Shown here one piece after another: positions 14,613-23,710 of a stretch of DNA of 36,924 bases. The DNA comes from a virus. Within the stretch, counting starts at the first letter, position 1. Each line of letters begins with the position of its first letter. Under the pieces are notes generated by a model. It ran no database searches, was not told the origin of the DNA, and worked only from the letters and a program-made list of their open reading frames with translations. Made by a program: the position numbers and the translations under genes. The DNA is taken from IMG/VR virus record IMGVR_UViG_3300031951_000561; one strand, written 5' to 3'.

Positions 14613-15217
14613 GGTATGCTCTCGAAACAACTAAAGGTTTTTTCCTGATAGATTCCGTTAAAATCCGTCATCCATTGCTGCTGCATGTCATCGCTAAGGC
14701 GCATTTTTGCTGTGGGATTAATCACCGTGATTGCGGCACCGTTAGGTGGACTGTTCCTAAGGGGCGCTTCGAATATTAAAATGGTCTGGCCGCTGCCGTT
14801 GGTATTGCATGGCGCGACAAGTCTTTTTAGCTCGCCATTGACTGAAAAATAATCAGCCGAGCGAAGCCAGTTAATAACGTTCGCCGTTGCGCCAGTAATG
14901 TTAAGGCTTGTTCCTGTTTGCCCCGCGCCGTTTACTACGGGCGAGCCTGTGCCGACTCCGTAATTTTTAGGCCAGTTCGGATCACCAAGCTGGAATGTAT
15001 CGCTCATACCCTTACAGGCCAAAAAGAACGCAATCCACTGCGCCGCCTCGGTAGGCTTCATGCGCCTTAGCGTAATCTCTGCTTTCCACCTCGCGCCTGA
15101 AAGTGCGAGCGTTTGCACCGTTTTATTAATGGGGCTTTCATAAAGCTGCGTGTTGGTTTCTAAATAAAAGTTACTGGCCGCCACAAAGCCGTAAAGACTT
15201 GGCATTGTTACTGGCAT
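14609..15217 (-). CDS. distal/minor tail protein (202 aa)
   Basis: Lies immediately downstream of the tape measure gene. ORF track. Confidence 0.55.
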   Translation of the reverse strand: MPVTMPSLYGFVAASNFYLETNTQLYESPINKTVQTLALSGARWKAEITLRRMKPTEAAQWIAFFLACKGMSDTFQLGDPNWPKNYGVGTGSPVVNGAGQTGTSLNITGATANVINWLRSADYFSVNGELKRLVAPCNTNGSGQTILIFEAPLRNSPPNGAAITVINPTAKMRLSDDMQQQWMTDFNGIYQEKTFSCFESIP

Positions 15218-15218
15218 A

Positions 15219-16769
15219 TTAACCTCTTAAACCAACGATTTTAGATGCGCTGCCGCCGCGTCTGATGCTGCTGAATACCGCTTCATGAGCGGCCTTTGCG
15301 ATCACCGGAGCCGCATTCCTGATATGCGCCTCAATCAGCGATGGAACATCATTGCTAACTTGAAAATACTGCTGCACAGTGACGGACTGACCGCCTATGC
15401 CTGCACCGTTTGGAATTACTGTTCCGGGTACGCGCGGCACAAACATTTCAGGCCCATTCTCACCAACGATAGAAGGCCTACCCACCGGAGGATTACCGCC
15501 CTCCGCAAAGAAGCCGCCAAACATTGAGCTAAGGCCATTAAAAATACTCGAGCCGTCAATTGCATCCACGATGCTATTAGATAGCGGCTGCGATACGCTG
15601 CGTTCAAAGATTGCCTGTGCTATTTGCATCGCCATGCGGCTAAATGCATCACCTGCACTATCTGCCGCAAATACGGCTTGCGTAAGGCCTTGCGATAAAT
15701 TGTTTTTAATGCTTTCGGTAAACGCTTCGCTCTGCCGTTTGGCATCTGCCATGACGCGGTTATATTCTTCAATGTGACTGTTGTAATCTTCGGCGGCCTT
15801 TGCAGCGCGTTCTATATTTTGCGATGGGCTTCCCGATGATCCGCCCCTTTGACGCTGCGGCATGTTTGGCCCTTGCATTTCACCGCCAGCATAAAAAGGC
15901 CCGTATAATTCACCGCTAAAATGGCCGGGATTTCTATTGCTTACGGTTCCCCTTAGTGTGCCGGGCAAGGGTGTGCCTATTTTTGCCGTATTGAAAGCGC
16001 CAGCAAATCGGCTATCTGCTGGTGGTACGATTTTACCAATAGCATTGATGATATTAATAATTACAGCAAGCAATGCTACAAACTCATTTCTTGCAGATAT
16101 TGCTGCCGCTGAAAGTGAGTCGCCAAAATCATCAACCGTTTTGAAGGCATCCGACATAGATTTATCAAGATCACCTACTGCACCGGCTGTTTTTTCCATC
16201 TCGCCGTTGGCTTCTTTGATAAGCGGGATTAAAGAGGCGAAACCGCGTCCGAAAATTGCCCTTCCGATTTCGGTTTGCTCAAACTGAGTGCCGACCTGTG
16301 ACAGCGCATTAGCAATGGTATAAAATTGTTCTTCTGGCGATAGCTCAAGCAATCTTTGCACATCAATGCCGAGCCTATTAAATGCTTGCGCCAGATTGCC
16401 GTCAATATCATGAGCCGCTTGGCCGATATTGGCATTCATCAGGTTTATTGCGCTGGCAAACTGCTCCAAGTTAGAGCCGGATTTAACAAGCGGTATTTCT
16501 AATCCAATCAATGCTTGGGTCGTAAAGCCGATTTGTTGCGCCAAATCTACCATGCGGCCAGCTGCATCTATGGCTTGTTTAGAGAAACCTAAAAAAGCGG
16601 CGGCTGATACTGCGGGGGCAAGCGATTTTATTTGTGTTGCGAGCGTCCCAAATGCGCTGCCCATTTTTGTTGTAGACTGCTGCACAGCCCCTTGAGCTTT
16701 CTTTAGCTCACGGTCAAGCTGCCCCGCGTCGGCTCTTATCCTTAGAACCAACTCTTGCAGATCAGCCAT
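15219..16769 (-). CDS. tail tape measure protein (516 aa)
   Basis: Long Ala/Gly/helix-rich protein directly after the G/GT chaperone pair. Confidence 0.8.
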   Translation of the reverse strand: MADLQELVLRIRADAGQLDRELKKAQGAVQQSTTKMGSAFGTLATQIKSLAPAVSAAAFLGFSKQAIDAAGRMVDLAQQIGFTTQALIGLEIPLVKSGSNLEQFASAINLMNANIGQAAHDIDGNLAQAFNRLGIDVQRLLELSPEEQFYTIANALSQVGTQFEQTEIGRAIFGRGFASLIPLIKEANGEMEKTAGAVGDLDKSMSDAFKTVDDFGDSLSAAAISARNEFVALLAVIINIINAIGKIVPPADSRFAGAFNTAKIGTPLPGTLRGTVSNRNPGHFSGELYGPFYAGGEMQGPNMPQRQRGGSSGSPSQNIERAAKAAEDYNSHIEEYNRVMADAKRQSEAFTESIKNNLSQGLTQAVFAADSAGDAFSRMAMQIAQAIFERSVSQPLSNSIVDAIDGSSIFNGLSSMFGGFFAEGGNPPVGRPSIVGENGPEMFVPRVPGTVIPNGAGIGGQSVTVQQYFQVSNDVPSLIEAHIRNAAPVIAKAAHEAVFSSIRRGGSASKIVGLRG

Positions 16770-17357
16770 ATAATGCCCTGTGTTTTGCTTTTGCTTCTTC
16801 TAGTTCGGCGCGAAGTTGTCGCACGTCCGATTCGTTCAGCTTGTTTGATTTCTTAACGCCATTAACATTCGCCCAGCCTTCGTATGCGCTGGTAACGTCC
16901 CATGTCGTTGCCTGCCAGAATTCAGCAGGCGACCAGTTTAGAGCGCCGTAGCAGAATCGTTTGTAATCGTCCCACGGGAAGGCTCTGACACCTTCCCTTT
17001 CAGCTTTCCCATTTTTTCGCGGATACCCTCCCGCGCTTCCGGCTTGGCAAGCGCAATGCTAAGAAATGCGTACACCTCAAGGCAGAAAGCCGCATAATCG
17101 CTACTGCCAATGCCCATATCCATCAGCGCAAAGCCTGCATCCTGATGCGATAGCTTTTGTCCATTAGCACCAATCATCGCGCAGATGAGTTTTGCCATGT
17201 CACGTGCAGGAAGATCAAACACGCCGCTCGCAATCGAGATGATGGAACGATTCAGCGCCGCTTCACATGCATCAATCATCCCGAAGGTTGCAATCAGGTC
17301 ATAGCTCTTGCCTGCCAGCGTTAAGGTGTAGCGTGGTTGTGCTGGTTCATAGGTCAT
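16762..17357 (-). CDS. tail assembly chaperone GT (-1 frameshift product)
   Basis: The -1 frame is open from just upstream of the slippery site to TGA 16762-16764. It encodes ...FPWDDYKRFCYGALNWSPAEFWQATTWDV..., a T-domain-like PAEFW motif. Its end overlaps the tape measure ATG. Confidence 0.7.
16938..17357 (-). CDS. tail assembly chaperone G (139 aa)
   Basis: Located between the major tail and tape measure genes. Contains the G_GGA_AAG slippery site. Confidence 0.75.
   Translation of the reverse strand: MTYEPAQPRYTLTLAGKSYDLIATFGMIDACEAALNRSIISIASGVFDLPARDMAKLICAMIGANGQKLSHQDAGFALMDMGIGSSDYAAFCLEVYAFLSIALAKPEAREGIREKMGKLKGKVSEPSRGTITNDSATAL
16976..17010 (-). promoter_or_regulatory. -1 programmed frameshift signal: heptamer G_GGA_AAG (17010-17004), 6-nt spacer, 7-bp hairpin GGGAAGG/CCTTCCC (16997-16976)
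   Basis: The heptamer sits in the correct zero frame (atG GGA AAG). A perfect 7-bp stem with an 8-nt loop starts 6 nt downstream. Confidence 0.75.
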
Positions 17358-17713
17358 TGTGCTACCGGTGCGCGGATGGCGGCGACAGTTACGCCGGTTA
17401 CCGTGCTATAGGTTACAGCTACGCGACCGCTTGCGTTGTTATACATTGATGGAGCCATAAAGGGGATAATTCGCTCCGAGTTGCCGCCAACCGTGAAAGC
17501 GCGGTTAGCAGGAACAATTCTACCGAATTGCGGGTCATCAACCGCTGCTTGCTGCGCGGTTACAGTTACGGTCATTGCCGAGCCGCCGCTGTGTTTAACG
17601 TGAAGATAAGTGCGACCTTCGTTTGCGTACTGGTCTCCAGCAACATCTGCGGCTGCGTAGGTTGGCGCGAGGCCGGTTCCAATATCAACTTCCTGAACGG
17701 TTAGTGTAGCCAT
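17354..17713 (-). CDS. hypothetical tail-module protein (119 aa)
   Basis: ORF track with ATGA coupling to the chaperone gene. Confidence 0.6.
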   Translation of the reverse strand: MATLTVQEVDIGTGLAPTYAAADVAGDQYANEGRTYLHVKHSGGSAMTVTVTAQQAAVDDPQFGRIVPANRAFTVGGNSERIIPFMAPSMYNNASGRVAVTYSTVTGVTVAAIRAPVAQ

Positions 17714-17724
17714 GTGCTAATTCC

Positions 17725-18129
17725 TTATGCTGCTGTGAAAGTCCATGCGCCGCTTGACTCAAGCGATGCGGTGAAGGTCTGCTCGTTGTTATGAGACCCG
17801 CTGACAGCAAACGAAGTCGGCTGGAATAACCCTTCGAATACATCGCCGTCGGCAAATTCGAGTCTATAAGTTCCAATGGTTCCAATCATCGCGGCCGCCT
17901 TAAAGCTTTCGAATGCGGTGGTGTTGTCAACAATGCCCTCAATGGAGATAGAAGCACTGCGAACGCCTGCATCTTCTAACAGCGTGCGGTATCCGTTTGA
18001 ATCCTTATTCGTAATGTCCACGATTTCGTTATTAACGGTCAACGTGTGTGAGCGCGCCTGCGTGATGATGGGTGCGCTGCCACCTGCGCCAAACTTTAGA
18101 GTCAGGTTGCGGCCTCTATATGCGGTCAT
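17725..18129 (-). CDS. major tail (tube) protein, TP901-1/GTA gp9-like (134 aa)
   Basis: ...EIVDITNKDSNGYRTLLEDAGVRSASISIEGIV... is a typical pattern. Position also fits. Confidence 0.7.
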   Translation of the reverse strand: MTAYRGRNLTLKFGAGGSAPIITQARSHTLTVNNEIVDITNKDSNGYRTLLEDAGVRSASISIEGIVDNTTAFESFKAAAMIGTIGTYRLEFADGDVFEGLFQPTSFAVSGSHNNEQTFTASLESSGAWTFTAA

Positions 18130-18139
18130 TGTATTCTCC

Positions 18140-18553
18140 TTATGGTTCGATGATTAGAGCGCGGAATCTCATGATCCCGTGGTAGTAACGGTCGGTATCG
18201 CCTTCGGGCGTGGGGTCTTGCATGGTTTCAGAATACTCACAGCGCATTTGCACGCAGGTGAATCCGGTCATGGTAAGCAGCGGCTCCTGATGATGGAGCG
18301 CCGCATAGATATTCTGCATGATGGTCTTAAGCGGCCTGCGCCCTGAATTCTTTGTCCATGCGTGTATCGTGCAGGTAAATTCCTGCCCGTCATTGGTTTT
18401 AGTGTCCCACGGTATTGACGTATCCGCGCCGATGACAACGTAAGGATAAGCAGCATCCTGCGGGACATAATCATATACAACTGGGCTTGCGCCAAGAGCC
18501 GCAGTCAGGCGCGTATATATCGCCCTTTGCATCTCATTGGCTGCCAGACTCAT
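18140..18553 (-). CDS. tail terminator/completion protein (DUF3168-like), 137 aa
   Basis: ...VYDYVPQDAAYPYVVIG...DTKTNDGQEF...IHAW... pattern plus synteny. Confidence 0.6.
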   Translation of the reverse strand: MSLAANEMQRAIYTRLTAALGASPVVYDYVPQDAAYPYVVIGADTSIPWDTKTNDGQEFTCTIHAWTKNSGRRPLKTIMQNIYAALHHQEPLLTMTGFTCVQMRCEYSETMQDPTPEGDTDRYYHGIMRFRALIIEP

Positions 18554-19053
18554 TTTGTGACCTTCTTTATTGCTGTATCGACCGCCTCATTAAGACGTGC
18601 GCGGATAAATGCTTTTGACTTTTCCAGCGCCGGAACCATGAACGGACGCGCTGCGATTTTCGACGTGCCAAACTCAAGAAACCGCGCGTATTTTGCGAGG
18701 CTGTTTCCGGCTACGATAAGGGCTTCTTTTGCGGATTTCTGCACTCTGGTGTTAATAGAGCGAGATAATGCGCCGCTATCTTGTGCGGGTGCCTGACCGG
18801 GAGCAGAAGCCCTATGTGGTTTATCGCGTAGTCTGCTTGGAAAGATGCCGCCAGTTCTTTTGTTTGTTAAAAGAAAATGCGTATAAATCTTTCCGCTTTT
18901 GTTACCTTCAGCTATCGACCGCTTGGCTTCTTCCTCAACCTTCTTTGCGCTGATGAATAGCGCCTTGTCTAACTCCGCATTAATAAGCGGTGCCATTACA
19001 GTCATTTGTTTTGTAAGCTTTTCCAGTCCCTCAATCTTGACTGAGAAATCCAT
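18550..19053 (-). CDS. HK97 gp10-family head-tail joining protein (167 aa)
   Basis: ...HRASAPGQAPAQDSGALSRSI...YARFLEFGTSKIAARPF... signature. Confidence 0.7.
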   Translation of the reverse strand: MDFSVKIEGLEKLTKQMTVMAPLINAELDKALFISAKKVEEEAKRSIAEGNKSGKIYTHFLLTNKRTGGIFPSRLRDKPHRASAPGQAPAQDSGALSRSINTRVQKSAKEALIVAGNSLAKYARFLEFGTSKIAARPFMVPALEKSKAFIRARLNEAVDTAIKKVTK

Positions 19054-19418
19054 TAGCTAAGAGGGCGACTGGCAATTGTAAATACAGTGCTGGTTGTTGA
19101 TTGCGCTGTAACGCATACCAGCCTTACAAAACGCACGCCAGCAATTACGGCAAGCGAGCGAATCGGCTCATAATTGCTTGCAGCAGTTACAATATCAAAG
19201 CGCGAGCCATCGCCATTTCTAAGCGGAACATAAGTGCCTGTCAGAGAAGTGGAAACCTCAAAAAATAACGTTGTTCCATCAAACTCTGCAGGGATAAAGA
19301 GGCCTACCATTTCAGTGCCGCCCAAGTCTACGGAATTGCTTACCGTCTCGCCTGCGTTTACGGTGAATTGCAGGTTATAGCAATCGCTGATAGTTGAAAA
19401 TTGTGCGGTGTTTGTCAT
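19053..19418 (-). CDS. hypothetical head/neck-module protein, paralogue of 20644-21096 (121 aa)
   Basis: Shared blocks are SVDLxG...FDGTxL...S..G..VP and I.G.RFVRL. Confidence 0.55.
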   Translation of the reverse strand: MTNTAQFSTISDCYNLQFTVNAGETVSNSVDLGGTEMVGLFIPAEFDGTTLFFEVSTSLTGTYVPLRNGDGSRFDIVTAASNYEPIRSLAVIAGVRFVRLVCVTAQSTTSTVFTIASRPLS

Positions 19419-19419
19419 T

Positions 19420-19752
19420 TTATACCTCTACTGCCATGATTTTTAAGAATAGGTCGTCTTCTTCGAGGTTAATAACCTCTTTAATATCGAACACCCGCTT
19501 GTCGTAAACAATGCGATGCTTTGTGGTTATTCCTTTGCGATACCGTATATGGATGCGGTGCGTGATCTGCGTTTCAAGCTGCATGGCTTGGAACTTCTCA
19601 TAGCCCTTTACCGGCTCGATAGAACCCCATACTTTCGCCGTTGCCGTCCACGTATCTGTGTAGCCGCCCTGCCCGTCCGCCACCTGCGCGACTGATTGAA
19701 TCTCAAGGCGTTTATTAAAACCGCCAACATCAACCTTGCATGAGGCCTTCAC
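19420..19752 (-). CDS. head-tail adaptor / head closure protein (110 aa)
   Basis: ...DGQGGYTDTWTATAKVWGSIEPVKGYE...THRIHIRYRKGIT...RIVYDKRVFDIKEVIN matches the SPP1 gp16 / HK97 gp9-like pattern. Confidence 0.7.
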   Translation of the reverse strand: MKASCKVDVGGFNKRLEIQSVAQVADGQGGYTDTWTATAKVWGSIEPVKGYEKFQAMQLETQITHRIHIRYRKGITTKHRIVYDKRVFDIKEVINLEEDDLFLKIMAVEV

Positions 19753-20393
19753 GCTCTACCGTCCATCAATCGGTATTGCTTCAGCATAGATTTGAATTTT
19801 GCAGGCATGGAATCGCAGTCGCACATCGCCCTGCTTTCATAGGCGTGGTGAGCATAGCCCTTGATTGCATCGCGTATTGCCTGCGGAACTGATGCAGCGG
19901 TGTTGCCGTATCCCGTGACATAAACAATCTGGCAAGCTGCAATCGGGCGCATATTGCCCGGCCATACAGCGCCTTGATTAAGCGATATTCTCGCGCCGTC
20001 TGCATTCAGGAAGTAATTAGTTGAAGGGTACACCGTTGCGTTATTGCCAAGGTCGAACGTGGTAATAGACGTAATCGACTGCACAGGCTGGCGCGGCAGG
20101 TCAATCACCGTAGGAAGGCCACCATAAAGCGCAGTAATCGGCAGTTCATAATATCCATCACCTAGAAACCTATCTAGGCCATTACCGGCCAGATCAAGAA
20201 TCATGCGCCACGTCTGGGTGATAAATGACCGCTTGGTGTAATTCTCGCATGCTTGCCGCGCCGATACAATCAGGCTGGTAAGCAGCGCATCATCATCGTT
20301 AGAGTCAATCCGCGCCCATAGTTTTAGCTCGTCAAGCGTCACCGGCTCGGTAGTCGGTGCGACCTGAAGCGTGGCGGTGCGGCGTGCTTGCAT
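19749..20393 (-). CDS. gp6-like head-tail connector protein (214 aa)
   Basis: ...LDELKLWARIDSNDDDALLTSLIVSARQACENYTKRSFITQTW... is the typical gp6-like N-domain. Confidence 0.65.
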   Translation of the reverse strand: MQARRTATLQVAPTTEPVTLDELKLWARIDSNDDDALLTSLIVSARQACENYTKRSFITQTWRMILDLAGNGLDRFLGDGYYELPITALYGGLPTVIDLPRQPVQSITSITTFDLGNNATVYPSTNYFLNADGARISLNQGAVWPGNMRPIAACQIVYVTGYGNTAASVPQAIRDAIKGYAHHAYESRAMCDCDSMPAKFKSMLKQYRLMDGRA

Positions 20394-20596
20394 TATTTGT
20401 TCTCTGGTGCGCCTTTTTTGGCTTTAGTAGCTTTTACAATGGTTTTTTCTTCACCAATTTCTTCTGCCCAGCCTTCGCTAAGAGCGGCGGCAGCAAGTGA
20501 TTCGGTCAATTCGTATTCGTTTCCGGCTTCGTATTCGACAATGTCCCAGCCGTTTGGCGAGCCTTTAAACGATTTAATTACATGAAGTTTTTTCAC
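20393..20596 (-). CDS. hypothetical protein (67 aa)
   Basis: ORF track, first gene after the terminator. Confidence 0.55.
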   Translation of the reverse strand: MKKLHVIKSFKGSPNGWDIVEYEAGNEYELTESLAAAALSEGWAEEIGEEKTIVKATKAKKGAPENK

Positions 20597-20604
20597 GTTA
20601 TACC

Positions 20605-20640
20605 TCAGAAAAGAAACGGGGAGCCGAAGCCCCCCGTCAG
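20605..20640 (-). terminator. Rho-independent terminator after the capsid-proximal gene
   Basis: Minus strand reads ACGGGGGGC-UUCG-GCUCCCCGU followed by UUCUUUUCU. It is a GC-rich stem with a UUCG loop. Confidence 0.65.
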
Positions 20641-20643
20641 TTA

Positions 20644-21096
20644 TTAAGCAACAGGTGTGTTAATTGGCTCACCGCGAACCACCAGCACAGCGATGGGCGT
20701 GCCGGTTGCATGAGTACCGCTGAAATCAGAGGTCACGCGCACGAAGCGGCGGCCACCAATGTAGCCGATCTCCGTGAAGCTCGCCGCTGCATGTGCTGCG
20801 TTAAACACACGAACGATACCAGAACCGGTTACGGTTCCAGCTACGCCGCTGGTCTGAAGCACGTTCAGATCAGCCTGAACTACTGGTGCCCAAGTAGTGC
20901 CATCGTCTGAATGCTCCATTACCATATCGAGACGGTTAGTGCCGTCAAAAGTAATGCCGCCTACACCTACCTGCAAAAAGATTGCAGCAGAGCGAAAGCC
21001 CTGCAAATCAACCGATGTGCCGGTTGCGTCTGAGTTTCGTGTAGCTGGCGTAAGGGTATACGCCGCCGACACGTTATTTGCTAAATCGCGAATCAT
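20644..21096 (-). CDS. hypothetical capsid-associated protein, paralogue of 19053-19418 (150 aa)
   Basis: Lies directly downstream of the major capsid gene and is followed by a terminator. Shares motifs with 19053-19418. Confidence 0.55.
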   Translation of the reverse strand: MIRDLANNVSAAYTLTPATRNSDATGTSVDLQGFRSAAIFLQVGVGGITFDGTNRLDMVMEHSDDGTTWAPVVQADLNVLQTSGVAGTVTGSGIVRVFNAAHAAASFTEIGYIGGRRFVRVTSDFSGTHATGTPIAVLVVRGEPINTPVA

Positions 21097-21118
21097 GTTA
21101 ATATCCTTTCAATTCAGA

Positions 21119-22312
21119 TTAAGAGCCAAGGCGCATCAGCTTGATGGCCTCAAAGTTGGTCACATCACCACCAACGCGGCGCGTGGTGTAGAAGCGAACA
21201 TACGGCTTGTTGGTAAACGGATCGCGCAGGATGCGAACGCCGGCGCGGTCTACAATCGTATAACCACGGCGGAAGTCACCCACAGCAATCGACAGCGAGT
21301 TCGTACCGGCTACAGGCATATCACTTGCCATGTAGACAGGGCGACCGAGCAGCGTATCAGGTTGACCGGTAGCAAGGCCGGGCTGCCACAGATATTGACC
21401 CGTGGTCGTCTCTTTTAGAGTACGAGTCGTTGCAACCACAGAGCGGTTCATCAGCCATGAAGCGTTGCCCATGTAACCTTCTTTAAGGGCATAGAACAGC
21501 GTCAGTACGTCGTCACCATCGAAAGCGCCGTTGGTGCCTGATGGAACCTGCTGAATCTGACCCCAGCCGGTACCGTTAGCATAGGTAAGGAAACCGCGAG
21601 GCTGAACCACGCCGTTACCGTTTACAAATGCCGTAGCTTCAGCGCGTGCGAAGCGTTCAGCAACTTTAGCAGAAATCCACGCTTCAGCATCTACCGATGC
21701 ATCATCGAGGAGCTTCTGCGTAGCAGACGGCTGTGCATGCATTTCATGGGCAGGAATTACTTTCTTGCCAAGCTGCGCGGTGTTTGTCTCAGGACGAGCA
21801 GCTACTTCACCAACCCAGCCGAAAGACATTTCCTGTACGTCCTCGAGGATTTCGAGAGCATCGCTGGAAATGGTTTCAACGGCGGCAAGCTGACGAATCG
21901 GCGAGCTTTCGAAGATGATGTTAATCATGTTTGCCGACATCTGCGGGGTTACGAGATAACCGCCATCAGGATCGTTGTTCACGCTCAGGGCTTTAGATTG
22001 CAGCGCGCCAAGATTGCCCTCAACACCTTTACGAAGGTAGTTGCTAAAGGCCTTCTTGTACTCTACCTGCTCAGGCTTATCGCCTTTCTTATCTTCAGCG
22101 CCAGCCGGACGGCTTGCGGCAGCCTCGATCATTTCAAGACGAGATTTCTGCTCGTCAAGAGCGGTGTTCAGCTTGTTAAGTTGTTCGGTTAGAAGAACGT
22201 CAGCAGAGCCTTTCTTTTCAAGTTCCTTAAGACGAGTATCATTGACGCTTTTGAACTGCTCCCATGCAGTACCAAGCGCATTCACCTTATCGGCGATTTC
22301 AGTTGTAGACAT
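21119..22312 (-). CDS. major capsid protein, HK97 family (397 aa)
   Basis: N-terminal coiled-coil delta-like region, then ...NNDPDGGYLVTPQ... and an HK97-fold-like remainder. Follows the prohead protease. Confidence 0.85.
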   Translation of the reverse strand: MSTTEIADKVNALGTAWEQFKSVNDTRLKELEKKGSADVLLTEQLNKLNTALDEQKSRLEMIEAAASRPAGAEDKKGDKPEQVEYKKAFSNYLRKGVEGNLGALQSKALSVNNDPDGGYLVTPQMSANMINIIFESSPIRQLAAVETISSDALEILEDVQEMSFGWVGEVAARPETNTAQLGKKVIPAHEMHAQPSATQKLLDDASVDAEAWISAKVAERFARAEATAFVNGNGVVQPRGFLTYANGTGWGQIQQVPSGTNGAFDGDDVLTLFYALKEGYMGNASWLMNRSVVATTRTLKETTTGQYLWQPGLATGQPDTLLGRPVYMASDMPVAGTNSLSIAVGDFRRGYTIVDRAGVRILRDPFTNKPYVRFYTTRRVGGDVTNFEAIKLMRLGS

Positions 22313-22316
22313 TGGT

Positions 22317-22943
22317 TCATCCTTTCAAGATGTTGATTGATTTATCAAGGGTTAAGATAAGCTCATCACTAACAACATCCCGCTGTTTTGTGAGAGCCTT
22401 GTAGCCGCCGGAGACAATGATTTTTGCTTCCTCGCGGCTAAACTTTCCTTCATCCCGAAGGAATCTTTCAAAGTCGCGCTCGGTCATCTGGTTCTTTACA
22501 CCCGTAACCGTCGCGGCCTGATTGGCGGGGAATGTCACCACGGACACTTCCCATAGCTCGACTTCTTCCAGTTCGCGCACGCCATTGTTGTTGTATTTGA
22601 ACTTGCTAGGGCTGTAGCCGATAGAAAGGCCGTCCATTGCGCCGGATTTAAGCAGGGCATAAGCCTCGCGCCCACGCTGTACATCCATGAGTAACTTACC
22701 CTCAACGTATAGGCCGCGCTCATCTTCGCGCATGGCTTCAAATACGCCGATTGGTTCATCCCACCGATGCTGCCATAACATCTTGACCTTGCCTGCGCCT
22801 TTAGAGATGGACTTCGCAAATGCGCCGCGCTTGACGACATCGTTTTGCGTGTCAACCACATCAAACACACTGCCATAGCCCGAAAATCTGCCGCCTTCTT
22901 CCAGCTTAATTTGAAAGGGCATTTCTTTAAGTTCAATTTGCAT
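22317..22943 (-). CDS. prohead protease, HK97 family (S78/U35), 208 aa
   Basis: ...FSGYGSVFDVVDTQNDVVKRGAF...MLWQHRWDEPIG...LSIGY... pattern. Confidence 0.8.
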   Translation of the reverse strand: MQIELKEMPFQIKLEEGGRFSGYGSVFDVVDTQNDVVKRGAFAKSISKGAGKVKMLWQHRWDEPIGVFEAMREDERGLYVEGKLLMDVQRGREAYALLKSGAMDGLSIGYSPSKFKYNNNGVRELEEVELWEVSVVTFPANQAATVTGVKNQMTERDFERFLRDEGKFSREEAKIIVSGGYKALTKQRDVVSDELILTLDKSINILKG

Positions 22944-23693
22944 TTATCTTTTCTCCCTGTGTATCAAAGCGCAACGGCAACCTATTGTATTTTCAGGAGA
23001 AGCACTGCTATCACCCGGCCTGTCCATTGGCTCCCCGTCCACTATAAAATCTTCATGTAAATCTACTGTCACACCGGCCATTGCGCGATGCGCGTCACGT
23101 GTTCTTGCGTCATTGGTTGGCAGCCATTCCTTAACGAGCTGAACGCCTAAATCGCGCTCTGCCGCTAGTGCTGTTTCCTGCGCTCCGTAGGTTGCCGCCT
23201 GATGCGTTTCAGTTCGGGCAATCGTTGCCGCTCTAAATACGTTTATCGATGTAACCTTGCGGATATTGCGCCCGATCTGCTCGTTGCCCTCACCATCATC
23301 CATGCCGCGCTGTATAACCTTGAGCACCTCTGCGCGGCTGGTATCGGTAATTAATCGAGCCTTTCTAAGCCCTTCCCTGCGTATCCATTCATCAACCAGC
23401 GAGGCGAATAAATCCTGAGATTGCTTCACCTGCATTTTACGGCTGGTGATTTGCTTCAGCGTCATTGCACCAAAGTTCTTGATCACTTCGCCGTAATGAT
23501 TCACCAGCAATGCGTCAACCCGCGCTTGGTGTTTCTTATCTACATGCACCGGCACGGAGCCGATAGATTCGTAGTATTTCGCCGCGCTTTTAACGTAGGC
23601 ATTAAGCGCCGTTGCCATGCGTTTACGCAAGCCAAGCTCGTGGCGTGTGAGCGTGTTAAGCCACAGCCTGAGCAGCCTTTGTTTCGATGTCAT
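22944..23693 (-). CDS. minor head protein, Mu F / SPP1 gp7-like (249 aa)
   Basis: ...IARTETHQA...W..T.DARTRDAHRAM.G...F......P......NCRC-like ending (IGCRCAL). Confidence 0.7.
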   Translation of the reverse strand: MTSKQRLLRLWLNTLTRHELGLRKRMATALNAYVKSAAKYYESIGSVPVHVDKKHQARVDALLVNHYGEVIKNFGAMTLKQITSRKMQVKQSQDLFASLVDEWIRREGLRKARLITDTSRAEVLKVIQRGMDDGEGNEQIGRNIRKVTSINVFRAATIARTETHQAATYGAQETALAAERDLGVQLVKEWLPTNDARTRDAHRAMAGVTVDLHEDFIVDGEPMDRPGDSSASPENTIGCRCALIHREKR

Positions 23694-23710
23694 AATCCTA
23701 TGTGTTTTTT

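Noticed and set aside
20897-22340. Long plus-strand ORFs (20897-21418, 21737-22192, 22041-22340) opposite the capsid genes.
   Set aside because: They are antisense shadows of strongly supported minus-strand genes (major capsid and its neighbour). They have no SD and low-complexity, odd composition. The same reasoning applies to 8048-8482, 15397-15777, 15937-16287, 16429-16695, 24525-25412, 25785-26531 and 26884-27168.
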